From an uncultured virus (IMG/VR IMGVR_UViG_3300008114_000015) (Duplodnaviria > Heunggongvirae > Uroviricota > Caudoviricetes), in IMG/VR virus record IMGVR_UViG_3300008114_000015: a stretch of DNA of 20,000 nucleotides, one strand, 5' to 3'. Numbering within the stretch: position 1 is the first letter of the stretch; every line of letters begins with the position of its first letter. Position numbers and translations under genes: made by a program. This document shows positions 5,687-15,794 of this stretch, in pieces. The notes beneath the pieces were generated by a model. It was given only the letters and a program-made list of their open reading frames with translations, did not search any database and was not told the DNA's origin.

Positions 5687-7267
5687 ATGAGTGATATTGA
5701 ATTTGTAGAAGAAGACGAGATCCTTGTCGAGGAAGAAGAAGACGATCTACCGCCAGAAGAAGATGACGGTTTAGATGAGTTATCGAGAGCCTTTGTAGAC
5801 AAGCTTATCGAAAAGACTATGACCTTTATGGAGGCATTAGTCGGACATGACCTGCACCCATATCAAAAACCTTTGGCTCGAAGAATTATTGAGTCCGTAC
5901 TTATTAATGATGGCGAAGAAGTAACAGCGCTTGCAGCTCGTCAATCAGGTAAATCAGAAACAATTGCAAATACTGTAGTGACATTAATGGTTTTACTACC
6001 TCGACTAGCGCGTATGTACCCAGATCTTCTTGGTAAGTTTAAAGATGGAATTTGGATAGGAATGTTTGCTCCAGTTGAAGGTCAGGTTGAAACTCTATTT
6101 GGTAGATCAGTAAATCGTCTTACTAGTGAGCGTGCAATAGAGATTCTTGGTGATCCAGAAATTGATGACAGCCTTGGTAAAGTTCCAGGTGTAACACGAC
6201 AAATACGCTTAAAGAACTCTGGGTCAAGTCTAACCATGATGACTGCAAACCCTAGGGCAAAGATTGAGTCTAAGTCTTTCCACCTTGTAGTTATTGATGA
6301 GTGCCAAGAGGCTGATGACTTTGTGGTTTCAAAATCTATTTCCCCTATGTTGGCATACTACTCAGGAACAATGGTTAAGACCGGCACCCCTACTACAAGC
6401 AAAAATAACTTTTATAAAAGCATACAATTGAACAAGAGACGTCAGACTAGTCGCGGAGCAAAACAAAACCATTTTGAGTGGGACTGGAAAGAAGTCTCTA
6501 AAGTAAACCTTAATTACGGCAAATTCATTAAACGTGAAATGCTTAGGATTGGCGAAGACTCAGATGAATTTCAAATGTCTTACAACTGTAAGTGGTTGTT
6601 GGAGAGAGGCATGTTCGTCACATCCCAAGTCATGGATGAATTGGGAGACACTTCGCAAGAAGTTGTTAAAGCTTGGCACAGAACGCCTGTGGTGGTGGGA
6701 GTTGACCCGGCACGGAAGATGGACTCAACGGTCGTCACGGTGGTATGGGTCGACTGGGACAGGCCGGACGAATTCGGATACTTCGACCACAGAGTCTTAA
6801 ACTGGTTAGAAATCCAAGGAGACGATTGGGAAGACCAGTATTTTCAAATAGTTAACTTTTTATCTAACTACGATGTACTAGCAGTTGGAGTTGACGCAAA
6901 TGGTGTCGGAGATGCTGTTGCTCAACGTTTAAAACTACTATTACCAAGAGCAGAAGTTCATTCAGTTGGCAGTAGCCAGCAAGAACAATCTAAACGTTGG
7001 AAACACTTAAAGGCGTTAATTGATAGGCGAATGGTTGGTTGGCCAGCCCACGCTAAGACAAGACGTCTTAGATCTTGGAAGCGTTTTTACCAACAAATGA
7101 CGGACTTAGAGACAAAGTTTCAAGGTCCTAACTTTTTGGCACATGCCCCAGAAGAAGCCCATGCCCATGATGATTATGCAGATAGCCTAGCCATTGCCTG
7201 TGCCTTAACTATGGATTTAACCATGCCCCAAGTAGAAATGTCCTCATCCCCATTTTATGGCAGATAG
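5687..7267 (+). CDS. terL: Terminase large subunit
   Basis: LHPYQ Q-motif, Walker A AARQSGKS, Walker B LVVIDECQ, coupling motif TGTP, RNase H-like nuclease VGVDPA...VDANGVG...HDDYADSLA; acidic N-terminal extension; no intein visible. Confidence 0.95.
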   Translation: MSDIEFVEEDEILVEEEEDDLPPEEDDGLDELSRAFVDKLIEKTMTFMEALVGHDLHPYQKPLARRIIESVLINDGEEVTALAARQSGKSETIANTVVTLMVLLPRLARMYPDLLGKFKDGIWIGMFAPVEGQVETLFGRSVNRLTSERAIEILGDPEIDDSLGKVPGVTRQIRLKNSGSSLTMMTANPRAKIESKSFHLVVIDECQEADDFVVSKSISPMLAYYSGTMVKTGTPTTSKNNFYKSIQLNKRRQTSRGAKQNHFEWDWKEVSKVNLNYGKFIKREMLRIGEDSDEFQMSYNCKWLLERGMFVTSQVMDELGDTSQEVVKAWHRTPVVVGVDPARKMDSTVVTVVWVDWDRPDEFGYFDHRVLNWLEIQGDDWEDQYFQIVNFLSNYDVLAVGVDANGVGDAVAQRLKLLLPRAEVHSVGSSQQEQSKRWKHLKALIDRRMVGWPAHAKTRRLRSWKRFYQQMTDLETKFQGPNFLAHAPEEAHAHDDYADSLAIACALTMDLTMPQVEMSSSPFYGR

Positions 7268-7347
7268 TCCCGACTTTACTATGAGATTTCTCTGGTACTG
7301 ATGGATACTTTTACCTGAGGCCCTCAACCTTCAATAAGGAGTCATAT

Positions 7348-7746
7348 ATGACAATCGCACCATCACCTAAGTTCCCAGAACGTCCTGGCAACGTCTACGA
7401 CCGTAAAATGGCGGGCGCACTACCAGGTCAACGCGGACCACTTCGTTTCGAAGAAGGTGTCGCAACTGACACAGATGTTCCAGCACAATTTGCTACGGGA
7501 GCAGAGCAGGGATATAAGCCTGCAGCAGGTCGCCCTAACCGCAATGCCCCAGTTCACACAAAGACCGCAGAAGAGACAATGCGTGAGCGTGCTCACGTAG
7601 GTTCAGCTGCATGGGTTTCAGCACCAGATCATCTTGGAGAATTCTCTACAGGTGCTTTTGCTGACCATGGCAAGAACGACTTCGAGCGTGTTTTCCGTGA
7701 TGGCGGACATCAGGAAAAACAAAATCCTGCGGTAGTAAACGACTAA
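7348..7746 (+). CDS. Hypothetical protein (Pro/Gly/Ala-rich, probably virion-associated)
   Basis: SD TAAGGAG, capsid-like codon usage, located between terminase and portal. Confidence 0.75.
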   Translation: MTIAPSPKFPERPGNVYDRKMAGALPGQRGPLRFEEGVATDTDVPAQFATGAEQGYKPAAGRPNRNAPVHTKTAEETMRERAHVGSAAWVSAPDHLGEFSTGAFADHGKNDFERVFRDGGHQEKQNPAVVND

Positions 7747-7757
7747 CAATTTAAGGA

Positions 7758-7810
7758 GTCCTGCCTCGTATTAAATAGGTTATTTGCTTAGCATTAACCC
7801 GGGGCAGGAC
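7758..7810 (+). other. Structured intergenic RNA/DNA element (multi-stem hairpin)
   Basis: GTCCTGCCTCG (7758-7768) pairs with CGGGGCAGGAC (7800-7810), enclosing GGTTA/TAACC and TGC/GCA inner stems; no U-tract. Confidence 0.6.
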
Positions 7811-7829
7811 AACTTATTAAGGGATAGCT

Positions 7830-8141
7830 ATGGCGCTAATTTCAGGTAAATCAGTTCAACAGGGTCCTAAGCAGATTCCTGCTAATCCTCGTCTTTATAA
7901 TTTGATTGTTACTCAGGCTAAAAGTAAGTTTCCAAAATATCCCTCTCCAGCATCTGCTCACTGGGTACATTCTCAGTACTCAATGAAGGGCGGAAAGTAC
8001 GTCAACTCAAAGAAGGACATAGATCCTAGGATGAGAGACTACGTGGAGGAAAAGAAAGATAAAGAAAAAAAGAAGGTTATGAAGAAAGTGACCAAGCCAG
8101 TTGGTCGCGGTCTTATCAAAGGCGAAGGCGTCAAAAAGTAG
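7830..8141 (+). CDS. Small very basic hypothetical protein (possible nucleic-acid binding)
   Basis: PANPRLY...AKSKFPKYPS...WV...Y..KGGKY followed by a Lys-rich tail; SD AAGGGA. Confidence 0.7.
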   Translation: MALISGKSVQQGPKQIPANPRLYNLIVTQAKSKFPKYPSPASAHWVHSQYSMKGGKYVNSKKDIDPRMRDYVEEKKDKEKKKVMKKVTKPVGRGLIKGEGVKK

Positions 8142-8181
8142 TTTTTGCTACGATTGCGCCCTATCAGTTTAGGAGTGCTAA

Positions 8182-9897
8182 GTGAGTTCGATTGACTTTT
8201 CACCACCCAGTTATAGGGCGGCGTCTAGCGATCTTACTATCTCCATTTCTCCGCTAGGTTTAGTAGAACTAGCAGATGAAGAATTTGAAGTACATGGTCC
8301 GCGACTAAATCGCTATTCGATGAACTGGGCAATGTACCTAGGTCATCACTATTCTTATCGCCGACAGACCGGCGAATCTCAGATAGCGTTAAACTACTAT
8401 CGTGCGTTTTCAGATTTTATTATCAACTTTACTTTCGGTAAAGGAGTCCAATTCCGCTCCCCGAAGGAAACTGAGGCAATTGTCCCAGACCTTCTTGAGA
8501 GGGTATGGGAGGTTGACAACAATAAAGCAACAGTTCTTTGGGAAATTGGTCAGCAAGGTACGGTCTCTGGTGACTGCTTCATCAAGGTCGCCTATGAAGA
8601 AGAATATAAAGATCCTGCTGGTAGGGTCCATCCCGGCCGCGTTCGTATCCTTCCCCTTAACTCATCTTTCTGCTTCCCAGAGTTTCATCCTCATGACCGT
8701 GAACGCCTTATTCGTTTTAAGCTTAAGTACCGCTTCTGGGGAACGTCTTTGGAAGGAACTCGTCAAGTATTTACATATACAGAAATTCTTACGGACGATG
8801 TTATTGAAGAGTACATTAACGATGAACTTATTGATTCTCGTCCTAATCCGCTTGGCACTATTCCTGTTGTACATATTCCGAACGTTCGCATCAGTGGCTC
8901 TCCTTGGGGTCTATCTGATTGCAACGACATTATTAGCATTAACAGGACTTATAACGAAACTGCTACTGATGTGGCTGACATTATCAATTATCACGCTGCG
9001 CCGGTTACAGTTATCATTGGAGCAAAAGCTTCGCAGCTCGAAAAAGGTGCAAATAAAGTCTGGGGCGGACTACCTAAAGATGCCCGTGTTGAAAATTTGG
9101 AAGGTGGGGCGCAAGGACTAAAGGGTGCCATGGAATACATGGCAATGCTCAAGAAGTCAATGCACGAAATGATTGGTGTGCCAGAAACGGCACTTGGTCA
9201 AGCTCAACCTATTTCAAACACCTCTGGTGTTGCTCTTTCTATTCAATTCCAGCCTTTGATGAACCGCTATCATCAAAAGATTATTCAATACGCAAATGGT
9301 CTTGAGCGAGTAAATGAACTTATTCTTCTAAACCTAGCAATTAAAGAGCCTGAAACCTTTACCTGGAACCCTACAACTAGCACCCCACTAAAGCCGGGTC
9401 AGTTGCCTCAATTAGATCCAAATGACGATATTACCTACAGATCTATTGTTCATTTCCCTCAGCCTTTGCCACTAGATAAGTTGATTGCTCTTAACGAAAT
9501 TCAAACCAAGATGTCATTAGGACTTGAGTCTAAAGAAGGCGCTTTACGTGCTCTTGGAGAAGAGTTCCCAGCAGAGAAGATTCAAGAAATCAGACAAGAA
9601 CTTATTGATGATGCTAAGGCAGATGGCGCCCTACAGATGGTTAAGAACTCCATCGCACAAGAAATTATGAGTCTTACAGGAATGATGCCAGGTCCAGACG
9701 GCCAGGCAGGTCAACCAATCATGAGTCCAGAGAATGGCGTCCCAATGGGAGGTCAGCCAAATACGGCTACCCCTTACTTAGATGAAGCCTCTCAGATGAC
9801 CATGAACGCAGAGGCGAACCTAAGAAACCGCCTAGTAACCGAAGCTTATGGCACACAACTCCCACAGAGGCGTGTACCAGAAGAGTACGAAAAATAA
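8182..9897 (+). CDS. Portal protein (SPP1 gp6-like)
   Basis: Position between terL and scaffold; NYYRAFSDFIINFTFGKGV, NPLGTIPVVHIPN...PWGLSD and SNTSGVALSIQFQPL motifs typical of SPP1-like portals; SD AGGAG before GTG. Confidence 0.9.
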   Translation: MSSIDFSPPSYRAASSDLTISISPLGLVELADEEFEVHGPRLNRYSMNWAMYLGHHYSYRRQTGESQIALNYYRAFSDFIINFTFGKGVQFRSPKETEAIVPDLLERVWEVDNNKATVLWEIGQQGTVSGDCFIKVAYEEEYKDPAGRVHPGRVRILPLNSSFCFPEFHPHDRERLIRFKLKYRFWGTSLEGTRQVFTYTEILTDDVIEEYINDELIDSRPNPLGTIPVVHIPNVRISGSPWGLSDCNDIISINRTYNETATDVADIINYHAAPVTVIIGAKASQLEKGANKVWGGLPKDARVENLEGGAQGLKGAMEYMAMLKKSMHEMIGVPETALGQAQPISNTSGVALSIQFQPLMNRYHQKIIQYANGLERVNELILLNLAIKEPETFTWNPTTSTPLKPGQLPQLDPNDDITYRSIVHFPQPLPLDKLIALNEIQTKMSLGLESKEGALRALGEEFPAEKIQEIRQELIDDAKADGALQMVKNSIAQEIMSLTGMMPGPDGQAGQPIMSPENGVPMGGQPNTATPYLDEASQMTMNAEANLRNRLVTEAYGTQLPQRRVPEEYEK

Positions 9898-10009
9898 CCA
9901 GTTTAGGCTGATTATTTTCGCACTTAATAGAAAAATTAATACTGCAAAACGTTAGGTCATACGTGCTCTCATATCGGATAACGACCCCTAGGATGTAAAG
10001 GAATCAAGC

Positions 10010-10798
10010 ATGTCAGAAGTCGCAGAAAATGCTGCAGAGGCTTTCGCAGCCGAAGCAGGAACTGTTCCAGTTGTAAATGTGTCGGGCGTTGACGCGCCTA
10101 CTGTTACAACATCTTCAGTTAACTCAAAGTTTTATACTGAAGAAGATCTAGCAAAAGTTCGTTCACAGGAAAAAGATAAACTTTATCCACAGATCGAACA
10201 ATTAAAAGATGAAGTTGCTTCTCTTCGTCGTGAAAAAGAAGAGCAGGCTACTCGTTTAGCACAAGAGCAGGCGGAACTACAAGCCGCTGCTGAAGCTAAG
10301 GCTAAAGAAGAACGTGAGTCAGAACTTGAGGTTCGTGAACTTCTTAAAGTTAAAGAAAACGAGTGGCAAGAGCAGTTGGAGCGTGAGCGTCAGGAACGCG
10401 AACGAGCCTTCGCTCTACTGGAGCAGGAGAGGTTATTTACTGACCTCCAGAACTACCGTGCACAACGTGTAGATCAAGAGCGTGAAAATATCATGCCAGA
10501 ACTTATGGATCTAATCGCAGGTAATACCCGCGAAGAGATTGATGCAAGTATCGAAGGCTTGAAAGAACGCTCATCAAGAATTCTCGAATCAGCGCAGGCA
10601 GCAATGCAGGCCACACGTCGAGATATGACGGGGACAAGGGCAACCTTGCCTCCAGCCGGACCATTGGAAAACAATACGTCGCAACGTAACTTTACGGCTC
10701 AAGAAATTGCAGCCATGTCAGTTCAAGAATACGCACAGTACAGAGACAAACTCATGAGTCCTCAAGCTCGTGGGGTACAAACGGGTCTGTTCGGATAA
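10010..10798 (+). CDS. Capsid scaffolding protein
   Basis: YTEEDLAKVRSQEKDKLY motif, long E/Q/R coiled coil and C-terminal IAAMSVQEYAQYR helix, immediately upstream of the capsid gene. Confidence 0.85.
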   Translation: MSEVAENAAEAFAAEAGTVPVVNVSGVDAPTVTTSSVNSKFYTEEDLAKVRSQEKDKLYPQIEQLKDEVASLRREKEEQATRLAQEQAELQAAAEAKAKEERESELEVRELLKVKENEWQEQLERERQERERAFALLEQERLFTDLQNYRAQRVDQERENIMPELMDLIAGNTREEIDASIEGLKERSSRILESAQAAMQATRRDMTGTRATLPPAGPLENNTSQRNFTAQEIAAMSVQEYAQYRDKLMSPQARGVQTGLFG

Positions 10799-10838
10799 AG
10801 AACCCAATCCCAAATCCAAACTAAGGAGCTATAGCTAA

Positions 10839-11906
10839 ATGGCATCTGGAATCACGGGTACCGGCAATCTCGCTGCGGCACCCACAGCTTACTCAGGTAC
10901 CAACACCCAGCTAACTCAGGCGATTCAACAGATCTGGTCAAAGGAAATCCTTTTCCAGGCTCTGCCAATCCTTCGCTTCGAGCAATTTGCAGTCAAGAAG
11001 ACTGAACTTGGTGTTGCACCTGGTCTACAAATTAACTTCATGCGTTACAACAACCTCGGCTTTGCATCAGCACTTGTCGAAGGTGTGCGTATGCAAACCA
11101 ACGCGTTGACCGCACAGCAATTCTCAATCACAGTAACTGAGCATGGTTATGCTCTTGCTGTTTCTGAGTTGCTACTCAACGCTTCATTTGATGACGTAAT
11201 GGCATCTGCCTCACGTCTGCTTGGTCGTAACATGGCGATCTATCTAGATCAACTATCACGCGACACACTCTACGCTGCAACCTCAACCATCTATGGTGAA
11301 GACCGCAGCGCTCTAACAGCTGTTAACAACTGGTATGCAGACGGTACAACCGCTGCTAACCGTGCAGCTATGACAGGTACCTACTACTTCACTCCACGTA
11401 CCGTGAAGGATGCAGTAGAGACCCTTGCAACCAAGAACATTCCACGGTTGGGTGAAACCTACGTGGCATTCGTTCACCCACACCAGAGCCGTAAGCTCCG
11501 TGACATGCCAGAATTTATTGAAGTCACGAAGTACGCAGCTCCAGGAAACTTCATGCTCGGCGAAATCGGCCGTTTGTATGACACAGTTTTCATTGAGACC
11601 ACTCAGGTTCTCAAGGTGCCAAACGGTGCAGGTTCAGGTTACTCAGCTGATTCAGCAGTAACTCCAACCATCACACCTGGTGGCGGATACGTAACCCCAA
11701 CTACAAAGCAGGGTAACGGTAACAAGGATCGTTATGCAGCTATCTTCATTGGAGATAACGCATTCGGTCACGCAATCTCTCTTCCAGTCGAACTCCGCGA
11801 TGGCGGTATTCTAGACTTCGGTCGTGAGCATGCACTTGCTTGGTACTCAATCTTCGGTCTAGGTCTAATCACTGACCAGGCTGTTGTGATTGCAGAAACC
11901 AACTAA
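10839..11906 (+). CDS. Major capsid protein (HK97 fold, N4-gp56-like family)
   Basis: 355 aa; IWSKEIL, G..INFMRY, YVAFVHPHQ, GEIGRLYDTVFIET and DFGREHALAWY motifs; strong SD TAAGGAG; strongly biased codon usage. Confidence 0.92.
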   Translation: MASGITGTGNLAAAPTAYSGTNTQLTQAIQQIWSKEILFQALPILRFEQFAVKKTELGVAPGLQINFMRYNNLGFASALVEGVRMQTNALTAQQFSITVTEHGYALAVSELLLNASFDDVMASASRLLGRNMAIYLDQLSRDTLYAATSTIYGEDRSALTAVNNWYADGTTAANRAAMTGTYYFTPRTVKDAVETLATKNIPRLGETYVAFVHPHQSRKLRDMPEFIEVTKYAAPGNFMLGEIGRLYDTVFIETTQVLKVPNGAGSGYSADSAVTPTITPGGGYVTPTTKQGNGNKDRYAAIFIGDNAFGHAISLPVELRDGGILDFGREHALAWYSIFGLGLITDQAVVIAETN

Positions 11907-11918
11907 TTAAGCAGTAAA

Positions 11919-11946
11919 GTTGGGGGCGGGTCCGCTCGCCCCCAAC
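11919..11946 (+). other. 12-bp GC-rich hairpin after the capsid gene (mRNA stabiliser or partial terminator)
   Basis: GTTGGGGGCGGG-TCCG-CTCGCCCCCAAC; no U-tract directly downstream on the + strand. Confidence 0.7.
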
Positions 11947-11982
11947 ACAAACTTTCACAGTCAATATATCGGAGGATACAAA

Positions 11983-12345
11983 GTGGCCAGAAACCCTAAC
12001 GACGTAACAGGTCGTAAGCGTGATGCTCTCGTTGCAGAGCACATTGATGAGATTCAAAAGCGTTCAGAAGAAATGTCCCTTGCTACGGCTGAGGCTCAGA
12101 TCAAACTAGAGACCGAAGTCCTTGATGCTACAAAACCTAACCAACCAGCAATTGTTGTTGATGAAGTTAAGATTGTTGGCAATCAAGAAGGAGACACCGT
12201 AGAGATTCGCGTTATTACGGACATCGAATCTATGACACTTGGTGCAGGAAACTACTACTCGTTTAAGGCGGGTCAGAAGTACAAAGTAACCAAAGCTGTT
12301 GCGGAACACCTACATGAAAAAGGTTATCTAGCAGGAGTCATCTGA
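11983..12345 (+). CDS. Hypothetical head-associated protein
   Basis: GGAGG at 11971-11975 precedes GTG 11983 (MARNPND...). The listed TTG 11920 start lies inside the hairpin. C-terminal YSFKAGQKYKVTKAVAEHL..KGY motif is typical of small genes following capsid genes. Confidence 0.75.
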   Translation: MARNPNDVTGRKRDALVAEHIDEIQKRSEEMSLATAEAQIKLETEVLDATKPNQPAIVVDEVKIVGNQEGDTVEIRVITDIESMTLGAGNYYSFKAGQKYKVTKAVAEHLHEKGYLAGVI

Positions 12346-12360
12346 GATTAGTCTCTACGT

Positions 12361-12392
12361 AGCGACGGGTCTTCGGGCCCGTCGTTTCGTTT
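12361..12392 (+). terminator. Intrinsic terminator ending the capsid operon
   Basis: AGCGACGGGTC-TTCG-GGCCCGTCGTT hairpin with a C(UUCG)G loop, followed by TCGTTT. Confidence 0.85.
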
Positions 12393-12459
12393 ATAAGGAC
12401 TGAAATAACAAGCGCATGGGATTATATGTTTAACGTGCGTCTAGGTATAAGGAGCAGGT

Positions 12460-13520
12460 GTGGCGTCTATTTCTGACCTTGTTTCTAGGGTTCGTACAGA
12501 ACTCGGAGATCTACCCAAGCAGTTTACTTGGGAGGACCGCGGAGACGGGTCTAACAAGATTTTCTACGTGGATGTAAAGCCCGTAGACCCTAACACCCTT
12601 TTAGTAAAGGTTAACGGGGCAACAATCCCCACCCCTTCTGGCTATCGTCTTGAAAAAGACCATGGGCGTGTCATATTCACTACCGCCCCAGCCAACAACG
12701 CTTTAATCACTGTAGAGGGAACTCACTACAGATATTTCACAGATTCTGACTTAGAGAACTTTGTAAATATAGCTGTTACTCAACACATTCATAACAGAAG
12801 CGATGCATATGGAAGTTCTATTAGCGTTTCTAAAATACCTGCGGTTGAGGAATACCCACTAGTCATTCTTTCAGCAGTAGAGGCACTTTGGGTACTTGCT
12901 ACTGACGCATCATTTGATATTAATATCTTTGCCCCAGATGGCGTAACCATTCCGCGTTCTGAACGTTTCCATCAGCTATCAAATATTATTCAACAGCGCT
13001 TAGATCAATACAAGCAACTTTGCGCCGCTCTTAATATTGGTCTATGGCGTATTGAAGTTGGAACTCTACGTCGTACCAGCAGAATCACTAACAAGCTTGT
13101 TCCTGTATATGTTCCACAAGAAGTGGATGATGCTCGTAGACCGGACCGCGTATACCTACCTGTAGATGTTATGGGCAAGAACCCTCTCCCATCAAACGTA
13201 GGAACCTACGATATGGTTCTATACCAAGGCGACTCTTGGTACGGAATCTTTGACTTTCCTAATGATGTTAATTTTAACGACCTTACATTTAAAGCACAGA
13301 TTCGTACGTATCCAAACTCACCTTCGTTGTGGGCAACCTTTACTGTTACCGTAGAAGATATGTCTTCAAAGAAATTACGTTTATCTTTAACAAAAGACCA
13401 AACACAACGCTTACCGGTAAGAGCGTTTTGGGACCTTCAAGCTACATCTATTAGCGATCCAGATTTTGAGCAAACATACATTCGCGGCCAAGTATTCACT
13501 GAGCGTGAGGTTACGGATTA

Positions 13521-13521
<1 letters not shown>
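12460..13521 (+). CDS. Putative head-tail adaptor/neck protein with C-terminal fibre-anchoring (BppU-N-like) beta domain
   Basis: [14 protein letters not shown]...[10 protein letters not shown] helical connector pattern interrupted by a GDG...VKVNG...[14 protein letters not shown] beta insert. The C-terminus LYQGDSW...KAQIR...[11 protein letters not shown]...WDLQAT...[11 protein letters not shown] resembles fibre-attachment domains. SD AAGGAG. Confidence 0.6.
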
Positions 13522-15029
<1,508 letters not shown>

Positions 15030-15030
15030 C

Positions 15031-15357
15031 GTGGCAGGTATTCAAAATTTAGCAATACACAAGTCCACATCAGCTACTTCTTTTGGATCTGGAACAAATA
15101 TTTGGACGTCTGATGCAAATTATCTTTGTTCAGTTATCGCTACAAATACAAATGCGTTAGATGCTGAAATTTATGTAACAATTAAAACTTCTACTGGTAG
15201 TGAAACTGGTGGAGCATTGATAGCCCATAAATTACCGCTTCCAGCGTACAATAGCTATGAAACGTTTCGCTTTGGCATAAATAACACCGATGCTATTTAT
15301 ATAGCGGGACCAGCTGGAATCACATATTTTGTTCAAGGAATTGAACAGGCAGGATAG
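15031..15357 (+). CDS. Small beta-sandwich virion/fibre-associated protein
   Basis: SD AGGAG before GTG; SVIATN...EIYVTI...FGINNTDAIYI pattern; similar layout to the next ORF. Confidence 0.7.
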   Translation: MAGIQNLAIHKSTSATSFGSGTNIWTSDANYLCSVIATNTNALDAEIYVTIKTSTGSETGGALIAHKLPLPAYNSYETFRFGINNTDAIYIAGPAGITYFVQGIEQAG

Positions 15358-15365
15358 GAGCCATA

Positions 15366-15794
15366 ATGCCAGGTTACGCTTATCCCGTAGGAGCAGAAAC
15401 TGTTGCTGCTGGAGATTCCTTAAGTATCAATCATTTAGTATCAGATACAAACATATCTACGGCTTCTTCTATTTTTACAGCAACTTCAAAAACTAGAGTT
15501 ATGTCAGTAACTGCAGTAAATGTAGATTTAGGTATTATTCCAGTACGACTTTATGTTAAGCGCGGTTCAAACGCACCTTTAGTAGTGGCTAGAACTAGGG
15601 TGCTTAAAGTTAAAGCCTTAGTGCTTCCTTTGGTTTCTGGAGACTCTAGAGTTGGAGATTCAGGACCTTCTGACCAGGACTTTAACAAGATTGCTACAGA
15701 ATTTACTTTACAAACAGGCGATAAATTATACGCCGTATCTCGTCTGGCTAATGCTGTTCAACTTACTATTGAACTTAAGGAGAACATAGACTAA
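15366..15794 (+). CDS. Small beta-sandwich virion/fibre-associated protein, probable distant paralogue of the previous gene
   Basis: SD AGGAG; IFTA...SVTAVN...VRLYV...FTLQTGDKLYAVS pattern. Confidence 0.7.
   Translation: MPGYAYPVGAETVAAGDSLSINHLVSDTNISTASSIFTATSKTRVMSVTAVNVDLGIIPVRLYVKRGSNAPLVVARTRVLKVKALVLPLVSGDSRVGDSGPSDQDFNKIATEFTLQTGDKLYAVSRLANAVQLTIELKENID

Noticed and set aside
8402..9121. 239-aa overlapping ORF in the +1 frame of the portal gene
   Set aside because: Leu-rich, motif-free and without an SD. The preference for T-ending CTT/GTT/ATT codons keeps the +1 frame open, and the same shadow pattern appears at 11425, 13843, 14407 and 17669.
11920..11982. N-terminal extension of the post-capsid gene from TTG 11920
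   Set aside because: It lies within the hairpin; GGAGG points to GTG 11983.
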